Shown in pieces: positions 9,951 through 19,080 of a stretch of 64,000 nucleotides of DNA. Source of the DNA: an uncultured Methanolobus sp. GTDB taxonomy: Archaea > Halobacteriota > Methanosarcinia > Methanosarcinales > Methanosarcinaceae. The notes beneath the pieces are model-generated. The model had not been told where the DNA came from and did no database searches. It saw only the letters and a list, made by a program, of their open reading frames with translations. A program made the position numbers and the translations under genes. The stretch lies in assembly GCA_963675495.1 (NCBI GenBank), contig OY776215.1:2560001-2624000 (forward strand), given 5' to 3'. Numbering within the stretch: the stretch's first letter is position 1; every line of letters begins with the position of its first letter.

Positions 9951-11861
9951 TCACATCGTGCTTACAAATTCTCCTTTTCCTACTTTTTCCATAATATTTC
10001 CAAGGCGTTCTTTACCTGGTTGTGTTCTGTGCTTGAGGAAATGTAAGCGGACACTTTCAACGATCTCAGGAATTTCATCGGGGGTGCAGAATGATTTCAG
10101 GAGAATTCCCTCTGTGGGTCTTCTCGCGCTATTGCCACCAATCCATACGGAGAATCCACGTTGACCTTCAATGGCACCTTCGTGCGGACAACCCCTAACA
10201 CACCATCCGCAATTGATACAGAGATCGCGGTCTATTACAGATTTACCCTTTTCAATGGAGATGGCATTGACCTTGCAAAGTTCTTCACATCTGCCACAAC
10301 CGGTGCATTTGTCCAGGTCTATTGTAGGGTAGAGTTGACCTATGATGCCAATATCATTGTTATGTGCACGAACACAGTTATTTGGGCAACCTGCCACACC
10401 GATCTTCATTTTATGTGGCATGTTCTTCTGGGCGAACAACATTGTAAGCTCATTAGCCAGGTCTTTAGTATTTACAAGACCTTCCGGACAATATGTATTA
10501 CCCGGGCATGCTGTTGCATAACCCATTCCGATGGTGTTCAGGCCGCTTGAGTATATTTCACTCATAAGTTCGTCTACGTCCTCACCTTTTACACCCTGTA
10601 TCTCAATACTTTTTCGCGAGGTAAGTTCAAGAGTGCCATCTCCATATTTCTCGGCAAGTCTTGTAACTTTGTTCATATAGTCATGGTCAACTATACCTGA
10701 ATTAGTCTTTATCTTGACAAAGTTAGTTCCACTAACTTCCGGTCGCACACCTGGATAATCCCGCACCCAATAGTTGTTTACCGAAATCCCAGCGTCAAGA
10801 CGTTTTTGAAGTTCTTTCTTGAATCGCTTCATTTTAATACTGGCAAATTCTTCGATCTGATCAGTATCAATATCTGCTGAAGTTTCAATATATCCTGCTT
10901 TTTCTGCTTTCTCAAGAAGTTCAATTCCCTTCATATTTCTTGCAATGAGGGTTGTCCATCCCATTGAGCTGCCAGCATAGCCTGCTGAGATATCTGCTAC
11001 CTTTGAAACAGCATCACGGCATACACGGCATCCTTCCCATACGCAATCATGCAGATCCTTGATGTTGAACTTAAATTCATCTTCATCTGTGTTCACTATG
11101 AGTTCATCCAGGCGTATGGCATACTTTTTGACCTTGCTTAAATCTACACCTGCATCCATGAGGTAAGAGGATAATTTTTCAAAATTGAAATTCTCCATAC
11201 AGAAAAGACCTATAACGTAAGGTACATTTGGCAGTGATGTCTTTTCACCGTTCATTCCAACTTCTATCGGGTGAACATTAAGTCCTTTGAAGAATTGTGT
11301 TCTTCTTGCTCCATAGGTTTGACAGGGTAAACCTACCATTGCAACATTGTCGAGTTCATCCCCGATGTCACGAAGAGCACTCATAACAGGTATTGTTGAG
11401 TACTTGGCACCTTGGGATTCTAACAGTTCATCTTTGTTAGTCACAATTCGGACATTGGGTTTGGATAAACCAGCAATGATGGAAGCACCATCAATGAGTC
11501 CATTATCGAAGCAGTATGCAAGAAGGGCTGTGACAGCTCCGCCATCCTGTCCATTCTCCAGTATTCGTGAGTCCGTTGCGCGTGCAGCAACGATTTTCTC
11601 ATACTGGCCAATGAGTGTCGGTGGCCTTGCTTTGAAATTAAATACATTCATAGAGATACGCGCTGCATCTGTCATTACTCTCTGGCAGACATCCTTACAC
11701 GCACCTTCTCCATTTCTGTAGCATTCATCTTTTATTTTGGCACCATTCTCATCGAACTCGATGATATCATATGGGCAAACTGCAGCACATGCACCACAAA
11801 ATGTGCACATGCCTTTATCCACGACTGCATCTTTTAGAAACCATTTGTAATTATCTGACAT
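9951..11861 (-). CDS. fsr: F420-dependent sulfite/nitrite reductase (Fsr, Group II-like)
   Basis: N-terminal FrhB/FpoF-like F420H2 dehydrogenase (QDGGAVT, GLPCQ, IGLFC) fused to a siroheme domain (ACPGNTYC, GCPNNC) with 2x[4Fe-4S] ferredoxin insert. Confidence 0.9.
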   Translation of the reverse strand: MSDNYKWFLKDAVVDKGMCTFCGACAAVCPYDIIEFDENGAKIKDECYRNGEGACKDVCQRVMTDAARISMNVFNFKARPPTLIGQYEKIVAARATDSRILENGQDGGAVTALLAYCFDNGLIDGASIIAGLSKPNVRIVTNKDELLESQGAKYSTIPVMSALRDIGDELDNVAMVGLPCQTYGARRTQFFKGLNVHPIEVGMNGEKTSLPNVPYVIGLFCMENFNFEKLSSYLMDAGVDLSKVKKYAIRLDELIVNTDEDEFKFNIKDLHDCVWEGCRVCRDAVSKVADISAGYAGSSMGWTTLIARNMKGIELLEKAEKAGYIETSADIDTDQIEEFASIKMKRFKKELQKRLDAGISVNNYWVRDYPGVRPEVSGTNFVKIKTNSGIVDHDYMNKVTRLAEKYGDGTLELTSRKSIEIQGVKGEDVDELMSEIYSSGLNTIGMGYATACPGNTYCPEGLVNTKDLANELTMLFAQKNMPHKMKIGVAGCPNNCVRAHNNDIGIIGQLYPTIDLDKCTGCGRCEELCKVNAISIEKGKSVIDRDLCINCGWCVRGCPHEGAIEGQRGFSVWIGGNSARRPTEGILLKSFCTPDEIPEIVESVRLHFLKHRTQPGKERLGNIMEKVGKGEFVSTM

Positions 11862-12509
11862 AAAATCACTCTTCGTATTTTCTCATTTTTCGCTTGATGT
11901 GGGTTTAACATCTTAGTAATGGTATCAGTGATGATTTGATTTTCAGTATCAATGACCAATAAAATCACCGGAAATTGATATCCCGATAAGTTTTCCCTCA
12001 TATCGTAGACTTATGCTTCAAATTCCTCGTGGCACCAGCGATACCTCGCTTTCAAAGTTTTGAACAAGGCAACAGCTTTCTTCAAATACTCCTGCAGAGC
12101 ATTATGAAACTACTCTATTGGTACATCATTTCTAAAGAAAGACGTATGCAGCCTATGTGTTTGTCAGTATTCACGACAACTGGGATATTTTCTTTGTATT
12201 GCCATCTAATTCTGGCAATATTTTGGATTTCTGAGTAAGGATCTCAACATATCTGTTTATCGTGATTTCCTGCTATATTATACACAAGAGAGAGGAAATA
12301 TATAAACAAACCCCATAACATATAAATATTATATTGGTGGTTGCTATGTTGTTCATGTGATTATTTTTCCAAATTCAGTATTGTTTAAATTTTCTGTAAA
12401 TGGGTGGTAAGCTTCATATATCAGTTGTGCATACTACGTGCACATCCATAGTTTTGCATATTATGCACAAACCCATTTCACAATATTTTATCTAATAGGG
12501 GAGATCACA

Positions 12510-13205
12510 CTGGACAACGAAAAAATTCAAATCCTAGGCAAAGAACTCATGGACATACTTCAAATGGCGACTTCTCCGGTTGCTGTTCACTTGGTACAGG
12601 CTGATGAAGAGATTCCTGCAGGAATTCCTCAAATCGATGAAAAGACAAGGCACTGTCAGATGGTAGACAACGCACGAAGATCGGGTACCCAGTTCTATTC
12701 TTTGCTTGATAATCAGATGTGCAAAGGTGGAGCTGCTGTCATGGGTTTGACAGAAATGAGTGCTAAACTCAAGAACGGTGAAGTTTATTATAATCTGAAC
12801 CATTTTCATTCTATTGATTCTGCAAAAGCAACCATGGAAAAGGTTCCAATGGTGCCAGCAAATTCTGTTAAAGCTATTGTTTACTCACCGCTTGAAAAAG
12901 CTACATTCACACCAGATGTAGTCCTAATAATCACCAGACCTAAACAGGTGATGGAACTCTCACAGGCTTTGCTCCACAAATCTGGAGGTCGTGTAAATGC
13001 AGGCTTTGCCGGTAAGCAGAGTGTCTGTGCAGACGGTGTTGCCTATCCATATCTAACCGGTGAGGCTGGAGTTACTATCGGTTGCAGTGGAAGTAGAAAA
13101 TATACAAAGATACAGGATGAGGAAATGATTATGGGTATTCCTGTGGCCATGTTGCCTGATCTGGTTGACTCTGCAAAATCTATGTTCGGCAGTTACGCCT
13201 GTTAA
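12510..13205 (+). CDS. DUF169 family protein
   Basis: SPVAV, RHCQ, C.GG, QSVCAD, GCSGSR motifs; probable CTG start after GGGGAG. Confidence 0.85.
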   Translation: MDNEKIQILGKELMDILQMATSPVAVHLVQADEEIPAGIPQIDEKTRHCQMVDNARRSGTQFYSLLDNQMCKGGAAVMGLTEMSAKLKNGEVYYNLNHFHSIDSAKATMEKVPMVPANSVKAIVYSPLEKATFTPDVVLIITRPKQVMELSQALLHKSGGRVNAGFAGKQSVCADGVAYPYLTGEAGVTIGCSGSRKYTKIQDEEMIMGIPVAMLPDLVDSAKSMFGSYAC

Positions 13206-13216
13206 TATTCTGCAAT

Positions 13217-13256
13217 GTAATTCAGTACCTCTCTACGTACTGAATTACTTGGTTTT
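13217..13256 (+). terminator. Hairpin/terminator between convergent genes
   Basis: Perfect 12-bp stem GTAATTCAGTAC / GTACTGAATTAC with 8-nt loop followed by TTGGTTTT. Confidence 0.6.
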
Positions 13257-13395
13257 AATTAATCAAAAATAGAAAACATTTCATATTTTATGATGATATG
13301 TTGCTGTATAATATCCTAGAGTTGCACGGTCTAAGGATGCTTTATAATATTTCTCTTCTGTTTTTATTCCTTATTTACAAGTAGCTTGTAATCTC

Positions 13396-14058
13396 TTAGA
13401 TGTCTATGGAATAACCAGCGAATATCTTTACAAATTTATCCTGGTACATTTTTCTTATAGCATCTTTATACGATGTACAATGTCCTGCACCTATCAGTTG
13501 CATATTTTTGAATAATCCATATTCCTGGCTGTCATGCAAACCACCAAAGATGCCCGTTACATCGCCAAAAGAAGATGCAGCTTCGATTATCGGGGAAAGG
13601 CCGGGATGTGCGCAACCAGTAAGGACGTAAAGGCCTTTCTCAGATTTTAGTATAAGAGATTGTTCTTTTATATCGTTTCCGAGTTCTCCTGTGGTGTAAA
13701 TATTATTACATATTTCATGAGGACCTTTTATTCCACATAATTTTCCATTTCCTTTTGATACCATCTCTTTTTTGAGATTGGCTGAAAAACTTGCAGGTAC
13801 ATATATATTAACATCCGGATTTTCATTTAGAAAGGTGCTTACGCCGCCCATGTGATCCCAGTGTTGGTGTGAAAGAACAAGGATGTCGATGGATTTTGGA
13901 TCTATAAGCAGTTTATCCATGTTATCAAGAAGTACATGTCCATCCCATCCTGTATCAAAGAGTATTTTGTGTTCATCTGTCTCTATTAGGCAGGCAAATC
14001 CCCATCCACTTTGTAAACCTTCCTTTGCTTCATTATCGTAAATAACGGTTAGTTTCAT
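13396..14058 (-). CDS. MBL-fold metallo-hydrolase (COG1237-like)
   Basis: LFDTG, SHQHWDHMGG, GCAHPG, GGLH, GHCT motifs. Confidence 0.9.
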   Translation of the reverse strand: MKLTVIYDNEAKEGLQSGWGFACLIETDEHKILFDTGWDGHVLLDNMDKLLIDPKSIDILVLSHQHWDHMGGVSTFLNENPDVNIYVPASFSANLKKEMVSKGNGKLCGIKGPHEICNNIYTTGELGNDIKEQSLILKSEKGLYVLTGCAHPGLSPIIEAASSFGDVTGIFGGLHDSQEYGLFKNMQLIGAGHCTSYKDAIRKMYQDKFVKIFAGYSIDI

Positions 14059-14073
14059 TATGTACCCTCAAAA

Positions 14074-14646
14074 TCAGTCAGTAATACCGAAAACATTCTT
14101 CAGGTAATAGCCTGAATAGATTACACCTGCCGGGTTATGTGCAAGCACACGGTCCTTGACTATAAAAGTTGTAACCGGAGCTGCTGAATGCTGAGTGAAT
14201 AAAATATCATGACCTATGCAGAGACCTATGATGATATTTAGCTGTGTTTCCTTCTTTTCCAGCATCATTGCCTGACCTATGGGATTACAGGTTGGATCAA
14301 AGGTTTCAGGGTGGAGTTTTTCGAGTTCATAATCTTCTTTGCTAATACTGGAAACCTTGCAGCACACAGAAAATACATCAAAATGCTTTTCCAGTATTTT
14401 TTGAACTACTTTTGCTTCCCTTTCCATACCCACACAGAAAGCAAGACCTAATCTTTCGTATCCCATTTCTTTTGAGTATAGGATTATCTCTTCAAGTCTT
14501 GTTTTTTGCATATAATACCGGGCTTCGATGGCAGCTGAAGTTTGCATTGATTCAAGTTCAGTTCCTTCATAATTGATATCATCAGTTATGCCTGCACAGT
14601 CCTTGCCTTCACGGCACATCTTATCATCGCAGTAAGCACATTTCAT
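14074..14646 (-). CDS. DUF1847 family putative metal-binding protein
   Basis: N-terminal CxxC..C..C; GLAFCVG, CCK, CNPIGQA, GLCIGHD, KDRVLAHNP. Confidence 0.88.
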   Translation of the reverse strand: MKCAYCDDKMCREGKDCAGITDDINYEGTELESMQTSAAIEARYYMQKTRLEEIILYSKEMGYERLGLAFCVGMEREAKVVQKILEKHFDVFSVCCKVSSISKEDYELEKLHPETFDPTCNPIGQAMMLEKKETQLNIIIGLCIGHDILFTQHSAAPVTTFIVKDRVLAHNPAGVIYSGYYLKNVFGITD

Positions 14647-14676
14647 TCAAAAACCACCAGATTGACCTAAAGTAGA

Positions 14677-14706
14677 TCATATGAGGGGCTATATTCCCTC
14701 ATATGA
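14677..14706. promoter_or_regulatory. Perfect 11-bp inverted repeat, probable operator
   Basis: TCATATGAGGG-N8-CCCTCATATGA directly downstream of a minus-strand TATA-like CTTTTATC. Confidence 0.55.
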
Positions 14707-14750
14707 GATAAAAGATGTGGGTGCTGTGTCCAATCCTTTTTTTTAACAAC

Positions 14751-15455
14751 TCAAGGTGACTTTGGTCTTGCTTTTTGCATTGGGCCATCGTATATTTTTT
14801 CAAGACCCTCAATCATTTTCTCAAGGTTCTCATAAGGAATTCCTGCAATCATTTCGTCTTTCCCTATATCTGTGGACCTGCGACATCCGTAGCATCCGAG
14901 GCTCATATTCATTTTTCCTGTGAGGAGGGGAATAATTGTAGAATCTACACATGTGGCCTGGAAAGCTGCTGTGCTGAAATCCTGCCTGCCTCCTTCAAAG
15001 AAGGTAGCTGCGGGAACAAGCCAGTAAAGTGTCTCAGGAACATCCACCAGGATCACTACATCAGGTTTGATCTTAAACTCCTTCAGTGGACCAACGACTG
15101 TAGCGATAGTGCTGCCTTCCTCCAGTTCGCTGCGTTGGGATATCATATTTGCTGCAGCGTCAGCACATTCGAACATACCTAGGTTCGCGTGGAAATCACC
15201 TTCTTTCACTTTGGGAGGCGTTGGCAAAAGTCCCAGGCTGGAAGCACCAACCACGCAAGCATGTTTATCGGCAGGAATAACAAAAGATTCTCCATTTTTT
15301 GCCTTCATAATTGATTGGCAGTGCCTTATGTTGCTGTCAGGTTCATCAAATCCTTCTGGAATCTTTTCTCCCTTCTTTATTATCTTTACAGCAACTGGTT
15401 CATGTCTAAGTTCAAGTATTTCCGTAAGTTTTTGCGATATTTCAGTATTGTTCAT
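14751..15455 (-). CDS. DUF169 family protein
   Basis: EPVAVK, RHCQ, ACVVG, QATCVD, GCYGCR; paralog of 12510-13205. Confidence 0.88.
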   Translation of the reverse strand: MNNTEISQKLTEILELRHEPVAVKIIKKGEKIPEGFDEPDSNIRHCQSIMKAKNGESFVIPADKHACVVGASSLGLLPTPPKVKEGDFHANLGMFECADAAANMISQRSELEEGSTIATVVGPLKEFKIKPDVVILVDVPETLYWLVPAATFFEGGRQDFSTAAFQATCVDSTIIPLLTGKMNMSLGCYGCRRSTDIGKDEMIAGIPYENLEKMIEGLEKIYDGPMQKARPKSP

Positions 15456-15719
15456 GTGACCAACTTCTTGAAATTATATGGTGAAAATTGTTTTAGTAGA
15501 ATATTTATCTTTCTAATTTAATTCTGTTGAATATGATGTGTCCGATATCGAGATTGATTTCTTTTTACTAATAGTTTTTTGCTCTATTGAGAATAAATAT
15601 ATAAAACATTGGGTTATCTTTTTATTTCATGATTACTATACGAATAAAAGGACTTGTTTCTATTGTATGTATCGTCATGCTCGACAATTAAAAAACAATC
15701 ATGAACCCGGGGTAATTAG

Positions 15720-16124
15720 ATGAAAGTATGTGTAACAGCTACATCGGCTAGCTTTGATGGTCCTGTTGATCCTCATTTTGGAAGATGTTTATACTTTGTG
15801 ATCGTGGATACTGATTACATGGGGTTTGAAATTCTTAAAAACAAAAGTACTTCTGCTTTGGATGGTGCGGGTATTCAGGCAGCTCAGATGATTCTCAACA
15901 GGGAGATAGATATAGTCATTACAAGATTTGTTGGATCAAAAGTTTTCTCAATGCTATCTTCAAAAAGCATAGATATCTTCCTCTTCACCACAGGTTCAGT
16001 TGCAGATGCAATACAGGCTTACAAAGATAACAATCTAGAGAAGCTTGAAAGCCCTAATTCACCGGGAAAAGACCCATCAGGTGTTCAAAAAATTGAATAC
16101 AAGAGGCCAAGAAAACAAATATAA
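15720..16124 (+). CDS. NifB/NifX (FeMo-cofactor-binding-like) protein
   Basis: VDPHFGRC.YF.IVD and GAGIQAAQ motifs. Confidence 0.88.
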   Translation: MKVCVTATSASFDGPVDPHFGRCLYFVIVDTDYMGFEILKNKSTSALDGAGIQAAQMILNREIDIVITRFVGSKVFSMLSSKSIDIFLFTTGSVADAIQAYKDNNLEKLESPNSPGKDPSGVQKIEYKRPRKQI

Positions 16125-16278
16125 GCTCTGCTATGAATATTTAGAAGTATGATTAATTGATTTAAATGCTGCAGAAATAGGTCAGTCCAAAGTCATTGAT
16201 AGAAAAAGTTGTTCTTGCCAGATTCTATCGTCTTGGAATTGACTATAGAATTTGATTGTCTGGTTCTGTATAAACAAA

Positions 16279-16301
16279 AAGTTGTGTCAATGACACAACT
16301 T
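16279..16301 (-). terminator. Palindrome at cfbA-like stop, probable terminator
   Basis: AAGTTGTGTCA-A-TGACACAACTT followed by a T run on the minus strand. Confidence 0.45.
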
Positions 16302-16695
16302 AAAGAGCTTCCTGTGCTCTCTTGAAGATAATATCTGCAATAAGCTTGTCACTTCCAAGAGGTTTGGCATAGACAATTTTGACATTCTGCCCATCAAATT
16401 CGATTTCACCTTCGTTTGTCTCAGGGTCTAGATTAATAAACTCCGGAATATCCTCAGTGAGGTGGACTCCGGATGCCATGAATACCGGTGTTGCAGCTAT
16501 TTTCGTTACACCTGTGCCTTTAAATGACATAAGTGCTTCTTCGACCGTAGGTTCACTGTGCTCTACGAAGCCTATTTTTATAACATATTCTGGATGTTTC
16601 TCTGAGATCATGTTAGCAAGCTCAGTGACCACTTGATTGCTGTATGGTAATCTGCTGCCGTGTCCAATAGCTAAAATTCCAATTTTTTCACTCAT
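16300..16695 (-). CDS. cfbA: Sirohydrochlorin chelatase CbiX(S)/CfbA, copy 2
   Basis: GHGSR and ASGVH metal-ligand motifs, 131 aa, PLG.D. Confidence 0.85.
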   Translation of the reverse strand: MSEKIGILAIGHGSRLPYSNQVVTELANMISEKHPEYVIKIGFVEHSEPTVEEALMSFKGTGVTKIAATPVFMASGVHLTEDIPEFINLDPETNEGEIEFDGQNVKIVYAKPLGSDKLIADIIFKRAQEAL

Positions 16696-17137
16696 GATAT
16701 GTCCTTCCTTCTAAAATATCATTAGCAATAAGGTATATAACTCTTTGCAAAATTAACACGTGTGAATCAAATTTTTTTCTAGGATTAACAAAAAATATTA
16801 TTTATTCTTATAATGGCATAAAGGAATCATTGAAAAAAGTTCCAATTACCTGTCCATGATTACGGTTCAGGGTCTTTACTTTGATGAAGTCTTCATCAAA
16901 AATACAAAAACAATAATTCCTTTTATGGTCAAATGAAGATATTGCAAAAACAGGATTTGCTAGTCAAAAAAGAATACTGTGTCAATGAACAGCTAAAAGG
17001 ACTTCCTGCATTCATTAGAATAAAATCTGCGATAAAGTGAATGAACTGGTTTTTTCTATTATTACCATATTACCATTGATATTATGCGATAAAACAATCC
17101 CTTATTTGCTTTCATGTGTATGCATTGATCTGGCAAT

Positions 17138-17578
17138 TCAGATTATTTCTTCTTTTGTCCAGAACATAATATACTCGATAAAACCAGAATCTTCGTTGGG
17201 TTGTTCTTTCTTTATCGCGAAACCATTTCTTGTGTAAAAATCAACAGCCGGTTTGTTTTGTGAATAAACTGCCAATTCCAGATTTGAACAAAGAAACTTA
17301 CAACATTCCAGCAGTTTCTTACCGATACCCTTCCCCTGCTGTGCCTCTAAAACAAATAATGCACCAATGAACGAGTTATCGAGAACGCTTATGAAGCCTT
17401 TGATCATACCGTTTTATTTGTAAACAAAGGTTTTAGAAACAGGCAGGTATTGTTCTTTAACAACGTTATAGTTTTCAGCCCAGTAATATTCAGGTATAAA
17501 ATGATGGGCAATAATATTGGTCTTCAACCAGATATCCATAATGATATCTATTTCAGAATTCTCTAATTGCTTGATCAT
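17138..17578 (-). pseudogene. GNAT N-acetyltransferase (YiaC-like) with in-frame TAA
   Basis: ATG 17578 reads MIKQLENSEIDIIMDIWLKTNIIAHHFIPEYYW...FVYK-stop(17414-17416)-NGMIKGFIS...QGKGIGKKLL...AVDFY in one frame. Confidence 0.8.
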
Positions 17579-17732
17579 TGTTATCTTTTAAACAGGAAAT
17601 GCTTGTCACAGGTGGACTGACCTAATAAGCAAATTCATTCATGGAAAATGCACAAATTCAAGGTGCAGTGATTTTAAAAAAGATGTTGTGATTTTCTCAC
17701 AACATAAAGAGTTACTGTGTCTATAATACAGC

Positions 17733-18128
17733 TTAAAGGACTTCCTGTGCTCTCTTGAAGATGAGGTCTGCGATGAGCTCGTCACTGCCAAGAGGCTTTG
17801 CGTAGACAATTCTGACCTTCTGTCCGTTAAACTCGATCTCGCCTTCGTTTGTCTCAGGGTCCAGTTTAAGGATTCCAGGAATATCTTTTGTGATATGGAT
17901 TCCAGATGCAAGGAATACAGGTGCTGCAGCGATGGTTGTTACGCCTGTGCCTTCGAAGGACATGAGTGCCTCTTCTACGGTAGGTTCGCTGTTCTCCATG
18001 AATCCTGCCTTTACAACATACTCAGGGTGAGCTTCTTTGATCATGTTAGCGATCTCTGTTACAACCTGGTTGTTGAAAGGTAATCTGCTGCCGTGCCCAA
18101 TAGCTAAAATTCCGATTTTTTCACTCAT
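17733..18128 (-). CDS. cfbA: Sirohydrochlorin nickelochelatase CbiX(S)/CfbA, copy 1
   Basis: GHGSR, GFME, FLASGIH motifs, 131 aa. Confidence 0.9.
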   Translation of the reverse strand: MSEKIGILAIGHGSRLPFNNQVVTEIANMIKEAHPEYVVKAGFMENSEPTVEEALMSFEGTGVTTIAAAPVFLASGIHITKDIPGILKLDPETNEGEIEFNGQKVRIVYAKPLGSDELIADLIFKRAQEVL

Positions 18129-18252
18129 AATGTAACCTTCTTATTAATTGTAGTAATATTCTAAGTAGTATTTGTGTTACTTAACGGGGGTAGTAGGGTA
18201 GTTATGGGATATAATTGTTTTTGTTTGAATGGATTTTTAACGGTGTAACACT

Positions 18253-19080
18253 TCATTTATTGTGAACTCGCTCTTCCCCGGCATACGCATACAAATTCCT
18301 CCCCCTCACAAAAGCAACCAGTGCGATCCCTGCTTTCTCTGCCAGCTCCACAGCCTCAAGCACCGTGGCACCTTTGCTTGCAACAAGAGGGATGCCTGCA
18401 TTCACAGCTTTTGAAACCATTGTGGATGCCAGTCTGCCAGTGGTCACAAGGGCGCATTCTGAAAGGTCAGTGCCATTCATCAGAGCTTGGCCAACAACCT
18501 TGTCCACAGAGCAAGCTCTTCCCACGTCCTCGCAGAAAAAGAGTACTTCTCCCTGCTTGTTGCAGATGATGGAAGTGTGTGCTCCTCCGGTCCTGTGCCA
18601 GATTCTGCCAATCTCTTTTAGCTGGCCTACTGCATGGATGATGGCATCTGTAGTAAAGCATGTATCAGAATTATTGTGCTTGACAACTTCCTTGCGGTAT
18701 GATGTTGTTCCGCATCGTTCAAGGTGTGTTAATTCTTCTAGCTCGGGAGTGTTGATCTTAATTTCACAAAAAATAGATTTGTCCTCTATTCTGATCGAAT
18801 CGACCTTTGTATCAGGTTCGATGAATCCCTCGCAGACGAGAAATCCCAAGGCAAGCTCTTCAAGTTCATAAGGACTTGCAAAAAAAGTAGTTACGTGAAC
18901 GTTATTCACGAAAAGCTCGAACTTTTCCTCGACAATAACGTCCACAGTAATGTGTTGTTTACTGTTCTCAGTGATCTCCAGGCACTCCATGGGGACATAA
19001 AAAGGCGAGGGGATATTTTCCTCGTCCTTTCGGAAGATTTCATTCTTCCTGTTCCTTTCTGAGTACCAGTTCTCACTCAT
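18253..19080 (-). CDS. fdhD: Formate dehydrogenase-family accessory sulfurtransferase
   Basis: LALGFL..EG, RCG, TGGAH, EDVGR..VDK, TGR motifs; overlaps fmdB stop. Confidence 0.9.
   Translation of the reverse strand: MSENWYSERNRKNEIFRKDEENIPSPFYVPMECLEITENSKQHITVDVIVEEKFELFVNNVHVTTFFASPYELEELALGFLVCEGFIEPDTKVDSIRIEDKSIFCEIKINTPELEELTHLERCGTTSYRKEVVKHNNSDTCFTTDAIIHAVGQLKEIGRIWHRTGGAHTSIICNKQGEVLFFCEDVGRACSVDKVVGQALMNGTDLSECALVTTGRLASTMVSKAVNAGIPLVASKGATVLEAVELAEKAGIALVAFVRGRNLYAYAGEERVHNK

Noticed and set aside
16830-17130. Possible gene remnant between cfbA copy 2 and the GNAT pseudogene
   Set aside because: Only short frames with no recognisable motif
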